DNA of 64,000 nt from a virus (taxonomy: Duplodnaviria > Caudoviricetes), in IMG/VR virus record IMGVR_UViG_3300024259_000011, one strand, 5' to 3'. Below the pieces are notes generated by a model. It saw only the letters and a program-made list of their open reading frames with translations, was not told the origin of the DNA and did no database searches. Positions 29,406-40,447 of this stretch are shown here, piece by piece (position 1 is the stretch's first letter; each line of letters starts with the position of its first letter). The translations under genes were made by a program, and so were the position numbers.

Positions 29406-31222
29406 TAGACTGTAACTCCCTTGATATCTTCAAACAAATACTTGATCTCCAGAACAACATTCTCGGGTGTCACCAAGAAGCGACCGTCTGGGGTCTTTTG
29501 CTTCTCAAAGTCGAAACGAACGTCGGAGTATTTATCGCCGATCTTTTTAGTAACATCAACATCAACAACATCCGAAACTCCATCGATTCTGCCAAGAGTG
29601 CGATAGACTTCTGTAATCTCCAAAGGCTCGCCAATATCATGCTTGTGGCGATACCGGCGCCTCAGAACTTTTGAGCACTTTGAGAGGACATCATATTTGT
29701 TCTTGCCCGCTTCAACAACGATGGCATATTCAATACCAAAATTCACAATCTTTGCATCCAAAATGTCAATAGTATCATTAATCATTCTATTCTCATTTAG
29801 CCAAACTTTCAAATTGTTTTTCAATGCTCCGTTGGCGGGAACAAATCGGCGCCTTTCATCCTCGGAAATAATGTAAATATTAAGGTTTCTCTTGAACGAA
29901 TCTGTGTCCTGTAAAACGTTGCAGCGAGTAATCGCTCCGAACTGCGGGGGCATAGAATAGATCAGGGCTTGGTAGTCCTTTTTCGTTACTGCGCGGTTTT
30001 GAGTCGCATAGTTATCGATGGTTAAACGACGGATTTCGTCTACGCTTGGGAGCGAAACATCACCGACAACGCGCTCATCATTTGAACATTCAAACGAGCC
30101 TTTAATATCATTAACTTTGGTCTCGCTCAAAGAGGCGCGATTGGCAAATTTAACTTTAAGATTCTTAATCTGAGTAACTGAGTTCGGGGCAGCGGTTGGA
30201 CTACTAGTCGTGTTAACTCTATATTGTACTTTAAGAGAAGTGTTAGAAGGTCCAACGCCGAACTTATCACTCTTGATAAGATTGGTTGGATCAAACGAAG
30301 TGTCTGTGATATAGTTTCTGGCGTGGAGATCCATGACAACGTTTGCTGGGTCTAATAAGTCTCCAGTAACGGAGCCGGCTTTGAGTTCACTCTCAGAGCC
30401 GTAGCCAAATACAAGGTATGTTCTTAGTTGGTCTCTTTCCACTACAAAGCGACGTGGAACTGCAAAAGGTTTCATAATCGCCTGAACATTGTTGCGGTGA
30501 ACTCCTAGATTCGGCACTTCTCGATATACCACGTCTTGTGACAAGTAGTCTACCTCATAATAGTCATGACCTTCTGTGTCACGAACCCGAAGGATTTCTG
30601 CTACGTTGTTACCAACCAACTCGATTCTACGGAACTTTTTAAAGCCGTCAATGTTTATTTCTTGACGTGCGATGACCCCAGATACAATACTTCCTCTGGC
30701 GCGTACGACGTAATAGGTAGGGGCGCCGTTCTCATCAACGCGACCGACGACAACTTCGTTTGACGAGTGAGCGAAGTCCACATCCTGAGTTAGCACAAAC
30801 CCATCGCCACCCTTTGAACCGAACTGGCTACCCTTCAAAGCGATAGGGAGGTAAGATGTGTCCGGACCCAGACCAGTTGTAGCGGCAGGGCAAAGACAGT
30901 ATAATGTAATAATGCCATATGTGCTCGGCTTTCCTTTAAACTTGTAACCTAGTTGGCGGCTCAATCGAATAACATTATTGTATTCGAGAGCACTGTCAAG
31001 GAACATCTCGTTAACTGAGAAGTCCAAGTAGAAGGATAATACGTCACCAACATAGGCAACGCTATCCAGAATCATTGCACCAAAAGATGCCTCACTAAAG
31101 TCCTTGTATGTATCAGGATAGTAGCGCTTGGCATAATCTGTTAGCTCTGCCTTAATGCTGCCAAAATCTCTCGCGGTATACTTGATTGGAACCTGTTTGC
31201 TCTCGTCATCCCATTTTGCCAT
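29405..31222 (-). CDS. Baseplate wedge subunit (T4 gp6 / baseplate J-like)
   Basis: 'YTARDFGSIKAEL', 'LSFYLDFSVNEMFLDSA...VIRLSRQLGYK' and 'TQNRAVTKKDY' are characteristic gp6 motifs. Confidence 0.9.
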   Translation of the reverse strand: MAKWDDESKQVPIKYTARDFGSIKAELTDYAKRYYPDTYKDFSEASFGAMILDSVAYVGDVLSFYLDFSVNEMFLDSALEYNNVIRLSRQLGYKFKGKPSTYGIITLYCLCPAATTGLGPDTSYLPIALKGSQFGSKGGDGFVLTQDVDFAHSSNEVVVGRVDENGAPTYYVVRARGSIVSGVIARQEINIDGFKKFRRIELVGNNVAEILRVRDTEGHDYYEVDYLSQDVVYREVPNLGVHRNNVQAIMKPFAVPRRFVVERDQLRTYLVFGYGSESELKAGSVTGDLLDPANVVMDLHARNYITDTSFDPTNLIKSDKFGVGPSNTSLKVQYRVNTTSSPTAAPNSVTQIKNLKVKFANRASLSETKVNDIKGSFECSNDERVVGDVSLPSVDEIRRLTIDNYATQNRAVTKKDYQALIYSMPPQFGAITRCNVLQDTDSFKRNLNIYIISEDERRRFVPANGALKNNLKVWLNENRMINDTIDILDAKIVNFGIEYAIVVEAGKNKYDVLSKCSKVLRRRYRHKHDIGEPLEITEVYRTLGRIDGVSDVVDVDVTKKIGDKYSDVRFDFEKQKTPDGRFLVTPENVVLEIKYLFEDIKGVTV

Positions 31223-31245
31223 TTATATGTATCTCCTGCAAATAA

Positions 31246-31253
31246 TAAGTAGT
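31246..31253 (-). promoter_or_regulatory. Putative late-promoter motif (ACTACTTA)
   Basis: In the 38-nt gap upstream of the gp6-like gene, followed by a GGAG ribosome-binding site. Confidence 0.45.
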
Positions 31254-31260
31254 TTCTTTC

Positions 31261-31650
31261 TCAACTTACTGACACTTCAAGCTCGCTGCGACGATTCAAG
31301 GGTTTGATGTTGAAAATAATTTTAATCTGAATAGTATTATCCGGCACTGTGTCGTGCCCCAAGCCTTGGGAAGCGAACTTAATATCTAGTATTTCTAAAT
31401 ACGGTAGCCAGCGACCGGCTTGTTTATAAATTATGCCTGAAAGTGTGCCGTAAGTAGAAGGGTGATCCACTTCAAAGAGGAATCTCCTTACGCCGCAACC
31501 GAAGTCAGGAATCATTATCCTTTCCCCGGGCGAAGTCAGTAAAAGCATTTTCAAGTTTTGAACCACTAGATCATGATAATTCTTGTTAAGTTTGATTCCG
31601 TCTTTAGAATCAATAGTCAGCGGTGCTACTGGTGATAGTCCTTCTGCCAT
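31261..31650 (-). CDS. Baseplate wedge subunit gp25 (GPW/gp25 family)
   Basis: 'NLKMLLLTSPGERIMIPDFGCGVRRFLFE...RWLPYL' is the gp25 family signature. Confidence 0.92.
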   Translation of the reverse strand: MAEGLSPVAPLTIDSKDGIKLNKNYHDLVVQNLKMLLLTSPGERIMIPDFGCGVRRFLFEVDHPSTYGTLSGIIYKQAGRWLPYLEILDIKFASQGLGHDTVPDNTIQIKIIFNIKPLNRRSELEVSVS

Positions 31651-34600
31651 TATTCATCAGCCTCCCCTTCGTCGGGATTGCAATCTGCGTCCTCGCCGGT
31701 CCCATCGGGTGGTGGTGGTACCATGACGCCAGACTTACCCATTCGCATGTTGTGTTTTTCCATTGGGGTCAGTGCTCCTAAAGCTAAGTATGCTAAGCCA
31801 AGCGGGGTAATCGGTGGTCCGATGCCCGGTCCAAACGGCGGAGGTGGAATCAAGTTGAAGGGCAAAGCCATCAAAGTTGATGGAAACTTCTTGATTGCTC
31901 CTTGGTCGCCATCAGCAGCTACTCTAATTAGTTTCGCAATCATGATATTCGGATCTATTGCTTCACATATTCCCTTAAAAAGCATAGGAATTGTATTTAA
32001 TGCCATTTTAATCGGCAAGGGCAAGCCACCGCCATCGGTATCTGTGTTGACTGAGGCAATCTCCATTGACGTTGATTGGCTCGATGCATCGAAGGAGAAG
32101 CCATCGCCACCGGTGCCGATATCATGATACAGGGTCCAAAAAAGATTACGACATTCTTCCTTTGTAGAGGCGAAAGACATGTCGATTCCCGGGACGCTCA
32201 CTTCTGTCATCATTGCGCTGTAGTTCCACAAGTTTGTAATAATATCATTTTGGCGGAAGCATTTCCTGAATAGGAAGTTCCAGTCATCTTCTTTCCTTAG
32301 TTTCTTTTTCAAATCCTTCAGCTTGTTGTCTAATGCAACCTCAGCGTTTGTCCATGGTGTTTCATACGACGCGACCATGGCAGCGATTGCCTCATAGTCT
32401 GGCGGGGTTGCTGTGATTGCGTCTCTATATCCTGTAGCCATGGCTTCCAAATCTGAAACTGCTGAAACTGCAGCGCGGGCTGCTCTCTCTAGACATTCCA
32501 CGTCCCAAGGCTCACATTCCATGGCAGAGTCGGCAGCATCCATAGTGTCTCCCAAAGTCTCTTCAAGAGCGGCAGTGATGGGGTTCCCCGCAGAAATCGT
32601 TGTTTCCACCAAAGGAATCGATATATTGTAAAAACGCTCTTGGAACGTACGAATAGCAGTTACATCTACCATTTCTGTTGTATCCTCTGCTTCTTCCTCG
32701 ATCGCAGTTCCAGAGTCCGTTTCGCTAGAAGCTTCGGAATCTTCGCTTGCTGTGGTGGACGGCATAGGAACGCTGGCGTTCTCCTCGACGTTAAAGTTGA
32801 CCCCTTCCAACTGCAGAAACGAACCTTGTGTTCTCGATATATCAGGGATCATCATGTCTCCAGTCGTTCCGAACATAGAGTTGAGTAATGTGACCATAGA
32901 CTTCGATGCATCACCGCCCTCAACAAGATTGTTACCATCCTTGCCATTGGTCGGGTACATATAACTGAGCCGTAATCCGTAATGAGCTTCGGTTATTGTA
33001 TACGCTGTCAAAGCTGCAATAGCCATCATATCAGGCGTATCCGTGCTCACAGCAGCAATCAGCCTCTCAAGGAATTCTTGGAAGTTGCCGGGATGCCAGT
33101 ATTCATCTCCAACTTTAATAAACTTTTCTAGATAAAGACCGCCGCGAACCTCCGTTGTTGTCGGGTGGGATATCGGTGTAAAGTAAACAGCGTGTCCCGG
33201 GTAATGCCAGTTATTTGTGAGACTATAATAGACACTGTTAACCGTGTTTGAGCCGAATAAGGATGTTGTAGCATCTTCCGGGCTGATCTGTTGCCAGCGC
33301 GCTTCAAGGGTTATTGTGGCACCAGTAGGTAAGCCAGTGTCCGGATCGGTCTCTGGAAGTCCAGTTTCTGGATCCATTACTTGCGTTTCGCCACCGACGT
33401 ATTGTAAGTCTGTGCTGCTGAAGTCTGTTGCCGTAAAGCTGAACATCCTTGGCAGCGGAATGTTATCCGGAAGGAATGGGCTGATTCTCTCTCCCGCATT
33501 GATTGATGTCACATCCATCGGAGTCCAGATCAGGGTCTCTGGTGGCGTGTCCGTGTCTTCTTCCGATGTACCACTTTCAGGTGCTTCAGGATCTGCTGGG
33601 GCAGGTGCTGGACCGCTATAATATGTTTGGAAGCCATCGGTTGCGACTTCAGGTCTCGGATTCATAAGCAGCGTGGTCAGCAAATCAGCTTGAGAGAGCA
33701 TGCCAGATACATCCATATCGTCTGGAATGGGATACTCAGGCAGAGGGAGGACGGTTAGCCAGTCCTTCTGCATGCGCTTGGCGAGGTTTGGCGTAGAAGT
33801 TCCAAACTTTTCATTAAGGATTGGTGCCACGCTCACAAGATGTTTTTTAATCAGATACATCAGTCCATCTAAGCTATCGCAATCTGTTATCTCTTCGCCG
33901 GTCATAGGGTCGGTCAGTGGTTCGTCTTTACACTTGGCAGCTTCGCACATGGACCGAACATTTTCTTGAAGCTGTTCCATGAACGTTGCTGCGTAATTCG
34001 GGTCAAGCATATTCATTTCTTTATCAATCTTATCGGCAATCTGCTGCAAGAACACAGTATCAAAATCTTTTACATCGTATTCGGATAGCGGAAAAATGGA
34101 GCGAAGAAGCGCATCAATAACGTATACTCGAACGGTGACCTCAACACAGCCCATCAGTCCCGCCTGCTTGAGAGCATTTTTGCCTGTCTCTTTTTCCTTT
34201 ACCGGATCAACGCATGCCTGCATGAAAGCATCCTTGGTCGGCTTCTTTGCTGTATTCTCTAAGTCTAGAACACTCTTTGGCTTCTCGCCGCAAGAGTCGC
34301 GTGGTGACATGCTCGATGGCTCAATCTCCACCAACTTTAATGTTTCTGTGTCGAACAAATCTGTGTATGTAAGTTGAATCCCGGCACTTTGTATTACCTG
34401 ACCGATGATCTGCTGATAAACCTCTTTGAACCCGAAGCCCATGGGGGCGCCTTTGCTATCGAACCCAGTGTTCGCCCAAGAAGCCAGAGATGTTACATCG
34501 ACTCCTTCAACCACATTCGGGTGTTTAATAAACTTATCACGTACAAACTGCCTAAACAACTGATAGTGGACAGGAAGACCTGCTTCCCAATCAACACCAG

Positions 34601-37600
34601 CGGGACTAGTTTCTTCTTCAGCCACGATTTCGTCCGGAGGATCGCAGTCCTTCCCAAGTGGTGTCATCGAAGTTGAAGGAATGGTTGTCGTCGTTGTCGC
34701 CTTCGGGTTCCGTTTATCAGCGTCCTCTTGTGTCATTGGCTCTAACGACCAAGTGACAGTTGGCCAAGCATCGCCCAAGGGGGTCTCAGCGGTACCGCCG
34801 TATTGGAAATTCCATGAGAACTGTTTGTTCTCTGTGTCCCATGTATCGCTAACATAATCATAGCGTCTTAAAGAGTTATAAAGCACAGGGACTACAGAGC
34901 TACTGTTGCGAGTCTGCAGAACATGGATGTCATCTTGGAATAGTTTTTTCCAATCTTTAGTTTCCGAGATTCCTCGTACAATATCGATCTTATCCTTATA
35001 TTTGCCAGAGCCCCATTCGGTGCCGTCTGATTTTACTAGAGGATTCCCTTGCGCGAATAGCTGCTCAGCGAATCGACTGATGCCGGCATCGCCGCCGCCC
35101 ATATGAGTACCGGCTGCTTCCCAGAAAGGAATCGCTTCTTTGAGAACGGTGCCGGAAACCAGCATCTCTGGGTACATATCCGATTCCATCTTGAACATGA
35201 GATTGATTGGCTCATACATAAGATTTGTTGCCATTTCATTCATAAAGTTTAATGTCGGGATCTCGCTGTCTACTGGGAACAGGGATGGTTTGGGTGGGTC
35301 TTCGCCCGGGCAGCGTTCTTCGCAGTTCTTTTCTGGCCACATGGAGGGCACAATCGTTCCGCCATGACCATCGCCACCTAATGGATTAAACGGAGACATC
35401 AATTGTGAAAAATATTCGAGGGCTTCAACCTTGGCTAGCACCGCTTCATCAAATGCTTCTTTTGCCTCTTCTTCGGTACCCGGGTGATTCTTGAGGAACA
35501 TATCACGCCAATACGGTTCGGTATTGCAACATAACACTCTCAAATCTTTAACTGCTTGGAATCTGGGGAACTCAATCCTTGCCAGAATGTGCGGCTTGAT
35601 CTTCTCACCTAAGACTTCAAAAGTATCCGCGACCTTTGAGCAGTCGTCAAAAACAGTCATCATCCATGGACAGCCATCTCGCATGGTCTCTTCAATGTGG
35701 CTACATGTAGAAGGGGCGATCATGCCGCCAACTAACGCCTTGACTTCGTTCCTGTTAAGTTTTTTACTAATCATTCCAACTAGTTCAACCGGAGTACATG
35801 GTGGGTCGTCTTCGTCAAGTTCATATGGCTCGCCGCAACCCATTGTAATCTCTACGGTGGTATCAGTTGTAGTTATAATCTTTCCGTTTTCATCAACACC
35901 CATCTCATTGAAAGCCGCGTTGATAGCGTCTAACGCACCCAACTCACCCAAGCTTTCCGAAAGCATGTCGAGAATGTCAGCATCGCCGAAGCCTCCTGAT
36001 GCAGCGTCTTCAAGCAGAGAACGAAGGACTGACTTACCCATTTCAACGAGGGCTTGCTCGATGGCGCCCTTAACACTGTCCTGCATGCCCTTGAACATCA
36101 TTCCCATCAAGTCACCTGTTGGAATGTTATCCGGCAGAGTGATTGTTGGAATCTCAAACTTTTCAGCCATGCCAGCAACAGAGCCGCCACTTAAGCCGCC
36201 GCCAGTTGAACCGGGACCGCCACCGGGCATGCCGCCGCCCGGGAGTGCAGTAGAGGGAGCCTCAACTGAGCCTCCGCCTCCGCCTCCAGCAGAGCCTCCG
36301 CCACCGCCAAAGCCGCCACCGCCTCCAAAACCTCCGCCGCCGCCCATGCTTGGCAAGGACGGAACATTCAGTTCTGGCATGGAGGGTGCTGCAGCCATAA
36401 GCGCGTCAATCTTAATCTGGATTGCTGGAATCTCGGAGATCATTGCAGGAGTTAGGTCGCCGGCGGACATTGCAATCTTAAGAATATCAGCTAGCTGCTC
36501 GATCATCGGGTTCAGTCCAAGCTTGTCAATAATAAATCTGAACAGAGCTAACATGATTTTCTTGGCATCTACGCCGTTGCCTTCGCCGCCGGGGATGGAA
36601 TCCATATTAAGAAGGTTTTGTGAGAAGCCATCAAGCTCACCAAGAGCGCCAGAGACGGTGGGGAGGTTCCCGAACATTAAGTCGAACAATGTTTCAAAAA
36701 GCTGCGGCACGTCACAAAGAAGCGACAAGTTGTCAGCGGTAATTCCGGGGGGCAGAAGGTCAGGGAAGTTGGGAATCTCTGGTAGTTTCTCCAAAAGGTT
36801 TGGCATGTCAAACAGATCGAAGGTCTCGTCACCGTTAGGACCAGCGATTGGGAGCGGGAAGCTCATTCCGCCGTAGCCGAAATCGGGCAGCCCGTAAAGT
36901 TTAATAAGTCCACAGCCAACCTTCGGTCGGAACACAGCAGTAGGTAAGGTGATATCCGCGAGGTTAATCTCGTAGCCGCCATCCAAGCCGATTCTTCCGC
37001 CCTCAATTGGGTCCGGACCATTTAGTTCGTTGAGCGCATCCATTAGGGCATCAATTTTATCTATAATGACACACCATTCGTGAACGCTCGTAAAGTCTGT
37101 GTCTGCCAGATCTTCGCAGGCTGCGATAACTACGGACAAATCTTGTCCAGTTTCTGTCATGTACCCTGTTAGCTGGTCTTTCATTGCTGCAAAGTTGGGA
37201 ACCTCCATAACAGCAGAGGCATCTGAGCCTTCTGTGGTTTTAGTCCACCATTCTTGCGGCATTGTTGCAAGAGTTTGCCAGCCAAGCCCAGAGACCTCGC
37301 TTACAGATACATCCATGTCGCAGGTGGGCAAAGGTACCTGTGTACCGCTAGCGTCCCATTCTGGGATGTTCGGCAATGAGCTATTCGGGATGGTTGGTGG
37401 AGTGAGACCATCGCCTTCTGGGATGGACATTGAAGCATCCGTGCCCCAGTCTAGCCCTTCCAACTTTGCTCTAAACTTGCTGAAGGCTCCTCCTCCGCCG
37501 GCGATGGCAAGAGCGAAGTTACTCAGAAGAAAGCCGCTCATTGCTTCGGCAAAAATACGGCGCCAATCATCTAGAAACTCGCCAAACTTAAGATCGCCCA

Positions 37601-40433
37601 GTTCTATTTCCGGCAGGGATGCTGCGGGGAAGTCGGGATTCAGGTCAGATAGTGACAGCCCGGGCAAGCCTCCGGTGGGCAATGATCCAATTGCCTCTAT
37701 AATCACCTCAATACCACCGGGAAATTCTAGTTCGGAAAATGATTCGGCAAACTTAATGTTTGGCATTTGAATCCCGCCGGGGGATGAGCCCAAATCGGGC
37801 ATCGCAAACTGAGGGAAGTTCAGATCGGGGGCGCAAGCCGCAAGGTTAGGACCGCCGGGTAGGGCGGGGAAGCCGGGAATATTGCCCAACTCTGGTCCGT
37901 GAACATCCCAATCGGTAATGTTAATGAACTCACCATCAGGAAGTCGGATATTAAGGTTTGGCGCCGATGGCTGAAGTAAAGACCAATCAATCTCGCCGAG
38001 ACGAGTGATATCAATCGGAAAGCCAGTAAGAGGTATCATAAACGGCATCAAGAATGCGCCGATCATCAATTCGATGTCCTTGACATAGCAAGACAGATCG
38101 ATAGTCGGGGGCTCAAAGCTGAAAGTGGGAACGCCGCCGACAGCAATGTTTTTAATCATTAACTTGAGGTCATCACATGTCAGGTTGGCAAGCATATCTT
38201 CAATCGAAGCCTGTACCGATTCCTCTAGTTCTTCTAAGTCTTCATCGACAGAGGTTTCTAACTCAGCCTCCGTAGCAGTTCCGCAAACTTCTGGAAGCAA
38301 TGAGTTAAACTCATCCAGCTTGTCTTGTAAGAAGTCCATCTGTTCGCCAACCTGATCAATGATCGGCTGAAGGTGGTTGAACTCAATGCCCATGCCCACA
38401 ATAAGTTGAATCAGGTCATCGCAAGAAACATCCAAATTGTCGAATAATCCATCCAACAAGTTAGCAAAAATGTCATCTGGCAACTGCATCAAGAACTGTT
38501 TAATAAGGGCGTCGATGGAAAACTGTCCAAGTGCTGCCTTCAGCATCGCAGCATAGATGTTATCCAGCCCAAGTTCTGCCATAAGTTTTGCCATGGCAGC
38601 TTCAATCAACTTGGGAATAGAGATTTTCTGCAGCAGTTCGGCAAAAACATCGTCCAAAGAATTAATCTTGTCCAGAACATCTGGCAAGTTGGCAATGATA
38701 TTGTCGCCTGACGGAAGAACAATGTCGGCTCGCGCCAATGCCATATTTGCTAAGAAGCTTGGATCACCTAGTTTAAGGTTCTCAAAATCAATATCCTTTG
38801 GTCCCTTGATCGGCAAAGAGTTAAACTGGTTCGCAATGTTACCTAAGTCGCCTAAGTTCGGAATATTGCCCAAGCCACTTGGCGGGGTAGGTAAGATCAT
38901 CAAAGGCGGAAATGTGTATTTAGTAAGGTATTCCATCCATGGAGGAGTCATGCTCGACCATTGCGGCTTTTTAGCATCACTAAACATGTTATTGCCTTGC
39001 AGAATATAATGCATCAACCGATCTAGGGACGCGGGTTCGTTGGCGGCAAACTGGTTGAAGCTAATATTTTGCGGCATGCCGAGTCCTGTATCGTCTGGAT
39101 AAACAATACAATGCACCGGGTTGAAGGCACCATCTGTACCGATTTCAATAATATCTTCGTGGTCTGGTCTGAGTGGCTGTCCGTTCTTCTGCATGAGACC
39201 TTTCAAGGCGGGCAGGAACTTACGAATACGATTTCCTTGCTTCTTTGCCGAGAACTTGTTTGAGCCGCGAATCGTACCCGGAAACATGTCTACATACATC
39301 TGGATCTTATCCATCGTGTCTGCAACCTTTTTCAGCTTTTTCTCGATTGTGTTAGACTGATACATCACCGTGCGGTGACCGGTCTGCATTTCGGTGGTAG
39401 TACTGTATGACCTCACCATTCGGGGCAAGGCAAGAAGATGTGCCATGTTTACGGAAACTAGCGCCTTGACTGAAACCCCGGGTCTGTCGGATTGAAAAGT
39501 CTTTTCTACTTTTGCAAACTTATAAAGGTCGTCTTGCAAATGTGCAATTGCATTATCCAAGGTCCGGACATCGTATCCTTTTGGGGACCGGTCAAAATAG
39601 ACCAACATTTGCTTAATGCCAACTCTGATGGCGGTCTCATTAAGCATATCCATGACTTCAAGATTTTTGTGACCGGTGTTCACCATGGTCCTGTATTGAA
39701 GTCGTTTCTTGTCAAGCCACGGTTCGCAAGCCTGCATGGTATACCATGGAGAGCCTAATCGCCAACTGCGCTTCTTTGCCTGATTGTGATTTTTGTAGTT
39801 AGGTGACGGAAGTGTGGTGCCACCTTCCCAGCACATATCGCCATATTTCAAGCGATGCAAATGCTGGCGGCGAACGTATCCTACGACCTTATAAAGATCA
39901 ACATTGCGCTCTAGATCTTGGATTCTTACCTTACACCATTTACAATCAGGACCGATTGCTTCATCCAGCAAAGTTACAATAGTAAGGTGATCCACTTCCC
40001 CCAAGACCACTGAGGTGTCAGTCATAAACTTACGCAGCTTAATCGTAGCCCAGCCGGGTTCACCGCCGGCAAGTGTCTTTGGCTCCAGCTTAAAATAGTG
40101 AGTACCAATTGTGCTCTCTTCAAACGAGCCGGCGACCGGGCGCCCTTCATCAAACTGCTTTGTTACACACTCCTCTACAACGCAGTCTGCCAAATCCTCA
40201 TCAGAATATCTCTGGGGTGGCGGAGCTTTGGGCTGAGGATCTTCTGTAATCATTGATACAGAAGACATCATCGGAGAAACTGGAGAGTGCCATGGACCGC
40301 TGACCGTAAACACCTCAACGGCGCTGGTCGCCAATGCCGCAGAAGCCTCGTCGCGTTCTGCCTCAGACAAAGCACTGTCAGTCGATGCTATAAACAGCGC
40401 TTTTCTAGTTTCAATTTCTTCGTCAGTTGCCAT
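31650..40433 (-). CDS. Very large acidic virion protein with N-terminal SH3b-like domain
   Basis: 2927 aa. SH3b-like 'IKLRK...SVVLGEV...VTLL...KWCKV...GYVRRQHL' at about 39850-40050. Pro/Gly/Leu-rich middle and a hydrophobic, Pro-rich C-terminus. Lies between the spike genes and gp25. Confidence 0.55.
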   Translation of the reverse strand: MATDEEIETRKALFIASTDSALSEAERDEASAALATSAVEVFTVSGPWHSPVSPMMSSVSMITEDPQPKAPPPQRYSDEDLADCVVEECVTKQFDEGRPVAGSFEESTIGTHYFKLEPKTLAGGEPGWATIKLRKFMTDTSVVLGEVDHLTIVTLLDEAIGPDCKWCKVRIQDLERNVDLYKVVGYVRRQHLHRLKYGDMCWEGGTTLPSPNYKNHNQAKKRSWRLGSPWYTMQACEPWLDKKRLQYRTMVNTGHKNLEVMDMLNETAIRVGIKQMLVYFDRSPKGYDVRTLDNAIAHLQDDLYKFAKVEKTFQSDRPGVSVKALVSVNMAHLLALPRMVRSYSTTTEMQTGHRTVMYQSNTIEKKLKKVADTMDKIQMYVDMFPGTIRGSNKFSAKKQGNRIRKFLPALKGLMQKNGQPLRPDHEDIIEIGTDGAFNPVHCIVYPDDTGLGMPQNISFNQFAANEPASLDRLMHYILQGNNMFSDAKKPQWSSMTPPWMEYLTKYTFPPLMILPTPPSGLGNIPNLGDLGNIANQFNSLPIKGPKDIDFENLKLGDPSFLANMALARADIVLPSGDNIIANLPDVLDKINSLDDVFAELLQKISIPKLIEAAMAKLMAELGLDNIYAAMLKAALGQFSIDALIKQFLMQLPDDIFANLLDGLFDNLDVSCDDLIQLIVGMGIEFNHLQPIIDQVGEQMDFLQDKLDEFNSLLPEVCGTATEAELETSVDEDLEELEESVQASIEDMLANLTCDDLKLMIKNIAVGGVPTFSFEPPTIDLSCYVKDIELMIGAFLMPFMIPLTGFPIDITRLGEIDWSLLQPSAPNLNIRLPDGEFINITDWDVHGPELGNIPGFPALPGGPNLAACAPDLNFPQFAMPDLGSSPGGIQMPNIKFAESFSELEFPGGIEVIIEAIGSLPTGGLPGLSLSDLNPDFPAASLPEIELGDLKFGEFLDDWRRIFAEAMSGFLLSNFALAIAGGGGAFSKFRAKLEGLDWGTDASMSIPEGDGLTPPTIPNSSLPNIPEWDASGTQVPLPTCDMDVSVSEVSGLGWQTLATMPQEWWTKTTEGSDASAVMEVPNFAAMKDQLTGYMTETGQDLSVVIAACEDLADTDFTSVHEWCVIIDKIDALMDALNELNGPDPIEGGRIGLDGGYEINLADITLPTAVFRPKVGCGLIKLYGLPDFGYGGMSFPLPIAGPNGDETFDLFDMPNLLEKLPEIPNFPDLLPPGITADNLSLLCDVPQLFETLFDLMFGNLPTVSGALGELDGFSQNLLNMDSIPGGEGNGVDAKKIMLALFRFIIDKLGLNPMIEQLADILKIAMSAGDLTPAMISEIPAIQIKIDALMAAAPSMPELNVPSLPSMGGGGGFGGGGGFGGGGGSAGGGGGGSVEAPSTALPGGGMPGGGPGSTGGGLSGGSVAGMAEKFEIPTITLPDNIPTGDLMGMMFKGMQDSVKGAIEQALVEMGKSVLRSLLEDAASGGFGDADILDMLSESLGELGALDAINAAFNEMGVDENGKIITTTDTTVEITMGCGEPYELDEDDPPCTPVELVGMISKKLNRNEVKALVGGMIAPSTCSHIEETMRDGCPWMMTVFDDCSKVADTFEVLGEKIKPHILARIEFPRFQAVKDLRVLCCNTEPYWRDMFLKNHPGTEEEAKEAFDEAVLAKVEALEYFSQLMSPFNPLGGDGHGGTIVPSMWPEKNCEERCPGEDPPKPSLFPVDSEIPTLNFMNEMATNLMYEPINLMFKMESDMYPEMLVSGTVLKEAIPFWEAAGTHMGGGDAGISRFAEQLFAQGNPLVKSDGTEWGSGKYKDKIDIVRGISETKDWKKLFQDDIHVLQTRNSSSVVPVLYNSLRRYDYVSDTWDTENKQFSWNFQYGGTAETPLGDAWPTVTWSLEPMTQEDADKRNPKATTTTTIPSTSMTPLGKDCDPPDEIVAEEETSPAGVDWEAGLPVHYQLFRQFVRDKFIKHPNVVEGVDVTSLASWANTGFDSKGAPMGFGFKEVYQQIIGQVIQSAGIQLTYTDLFDTETLKLVEIEPSSMSPRDSCGEKPKSVLDLENTAKKPTKDAFMQACVDPVKEKETGKNALKQAGLMGCVEVTVRVYVIDALLRSIFPLSEYDVKDFDTVFLQQIADKIDKEMNMLDPNYAATFMEQLQENVRSMCEAAKCKDEPLTDPMTGEEITDCDSLDGLMYLIKKHLVSVAPILNEKFGTSTPNLAKRMQKDWLTVLPLPEYPIPDDMDVSGMLSQADLLTTLLMNPRPEVATDGFQTYYSGPAPAPADPEAPESGTSEEDTDTPPETLIWTPMDVTSINAGERISPFLPDNIPLPRMFSFTATDFSSTDLQYVGGETQVMDPETGLPETDPDTGLPTGATITLEARWQQISPEDATTSLFGSNTVNSVYYSLTNNWHYPGHAVYFTPISHPTTTEVRGGLYLEKFIKVGDEYWHPGNFQEFLERLIAAVSTDTPDMMAIAALTAYTITEAHYGLRLSYMYPTNGKDGNNLVEGGDASKSMVTLLNSMFGTTGDMMIPDISRTQGSFLQLEGVNFNVEENASVPMPSTTASEDSEASSETDSGTAIEEEAEDTTEMVDVTAIRTFQERFYNISIPLVETTISAGNPITAALEETLGDTMDAADSAMECEPWDVECLERAARAAVSAVSDLEAMATGYRDAITATPPDYEAIAAMVASYETPWTNAEVALDNKLKDLKKKLRKEDDWNFLFRKCFRQNDIITNLWNYSAMMTEVSVPGIDMSFASTKEECRNLFWTLYHDIGTGGDGFSFDASSQSTSMEIASVNTDTDGGGLPLPIKMALNTIPMLFKGICEAIDPNIMIAKLIRVAADGDQGAIKKFPSTLMALPFNLIPPPPFGPGIGPPITPLGLAYLALGALTPMEKHNMRMGKSGVMVPPPPDGTGEDADCNPDEGEADE
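36271..36344 (-). repeat. Low-complexity glycine repeat (GGGGGF x2, GGGGGSA, GGGGGG) inside the 2927-aa ORF
   Basis: An imperfect (ccN)n run on the plus strand translates to MGGGGGFGGGGGFGGGGGSAGGGGGGS. Confidence 0.9.
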
Positions 40434-40447
40434 GAAGTTTCCTCACA

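Noticed and set aside
35491-36876. 461-aa plus-strand ORF with poly-Pro
   Set aside because: It is the antisense shadow of the Gly-rich part of the 2927-aa gene. There is no RBS or family motif, and all real genes are on the minus strand.
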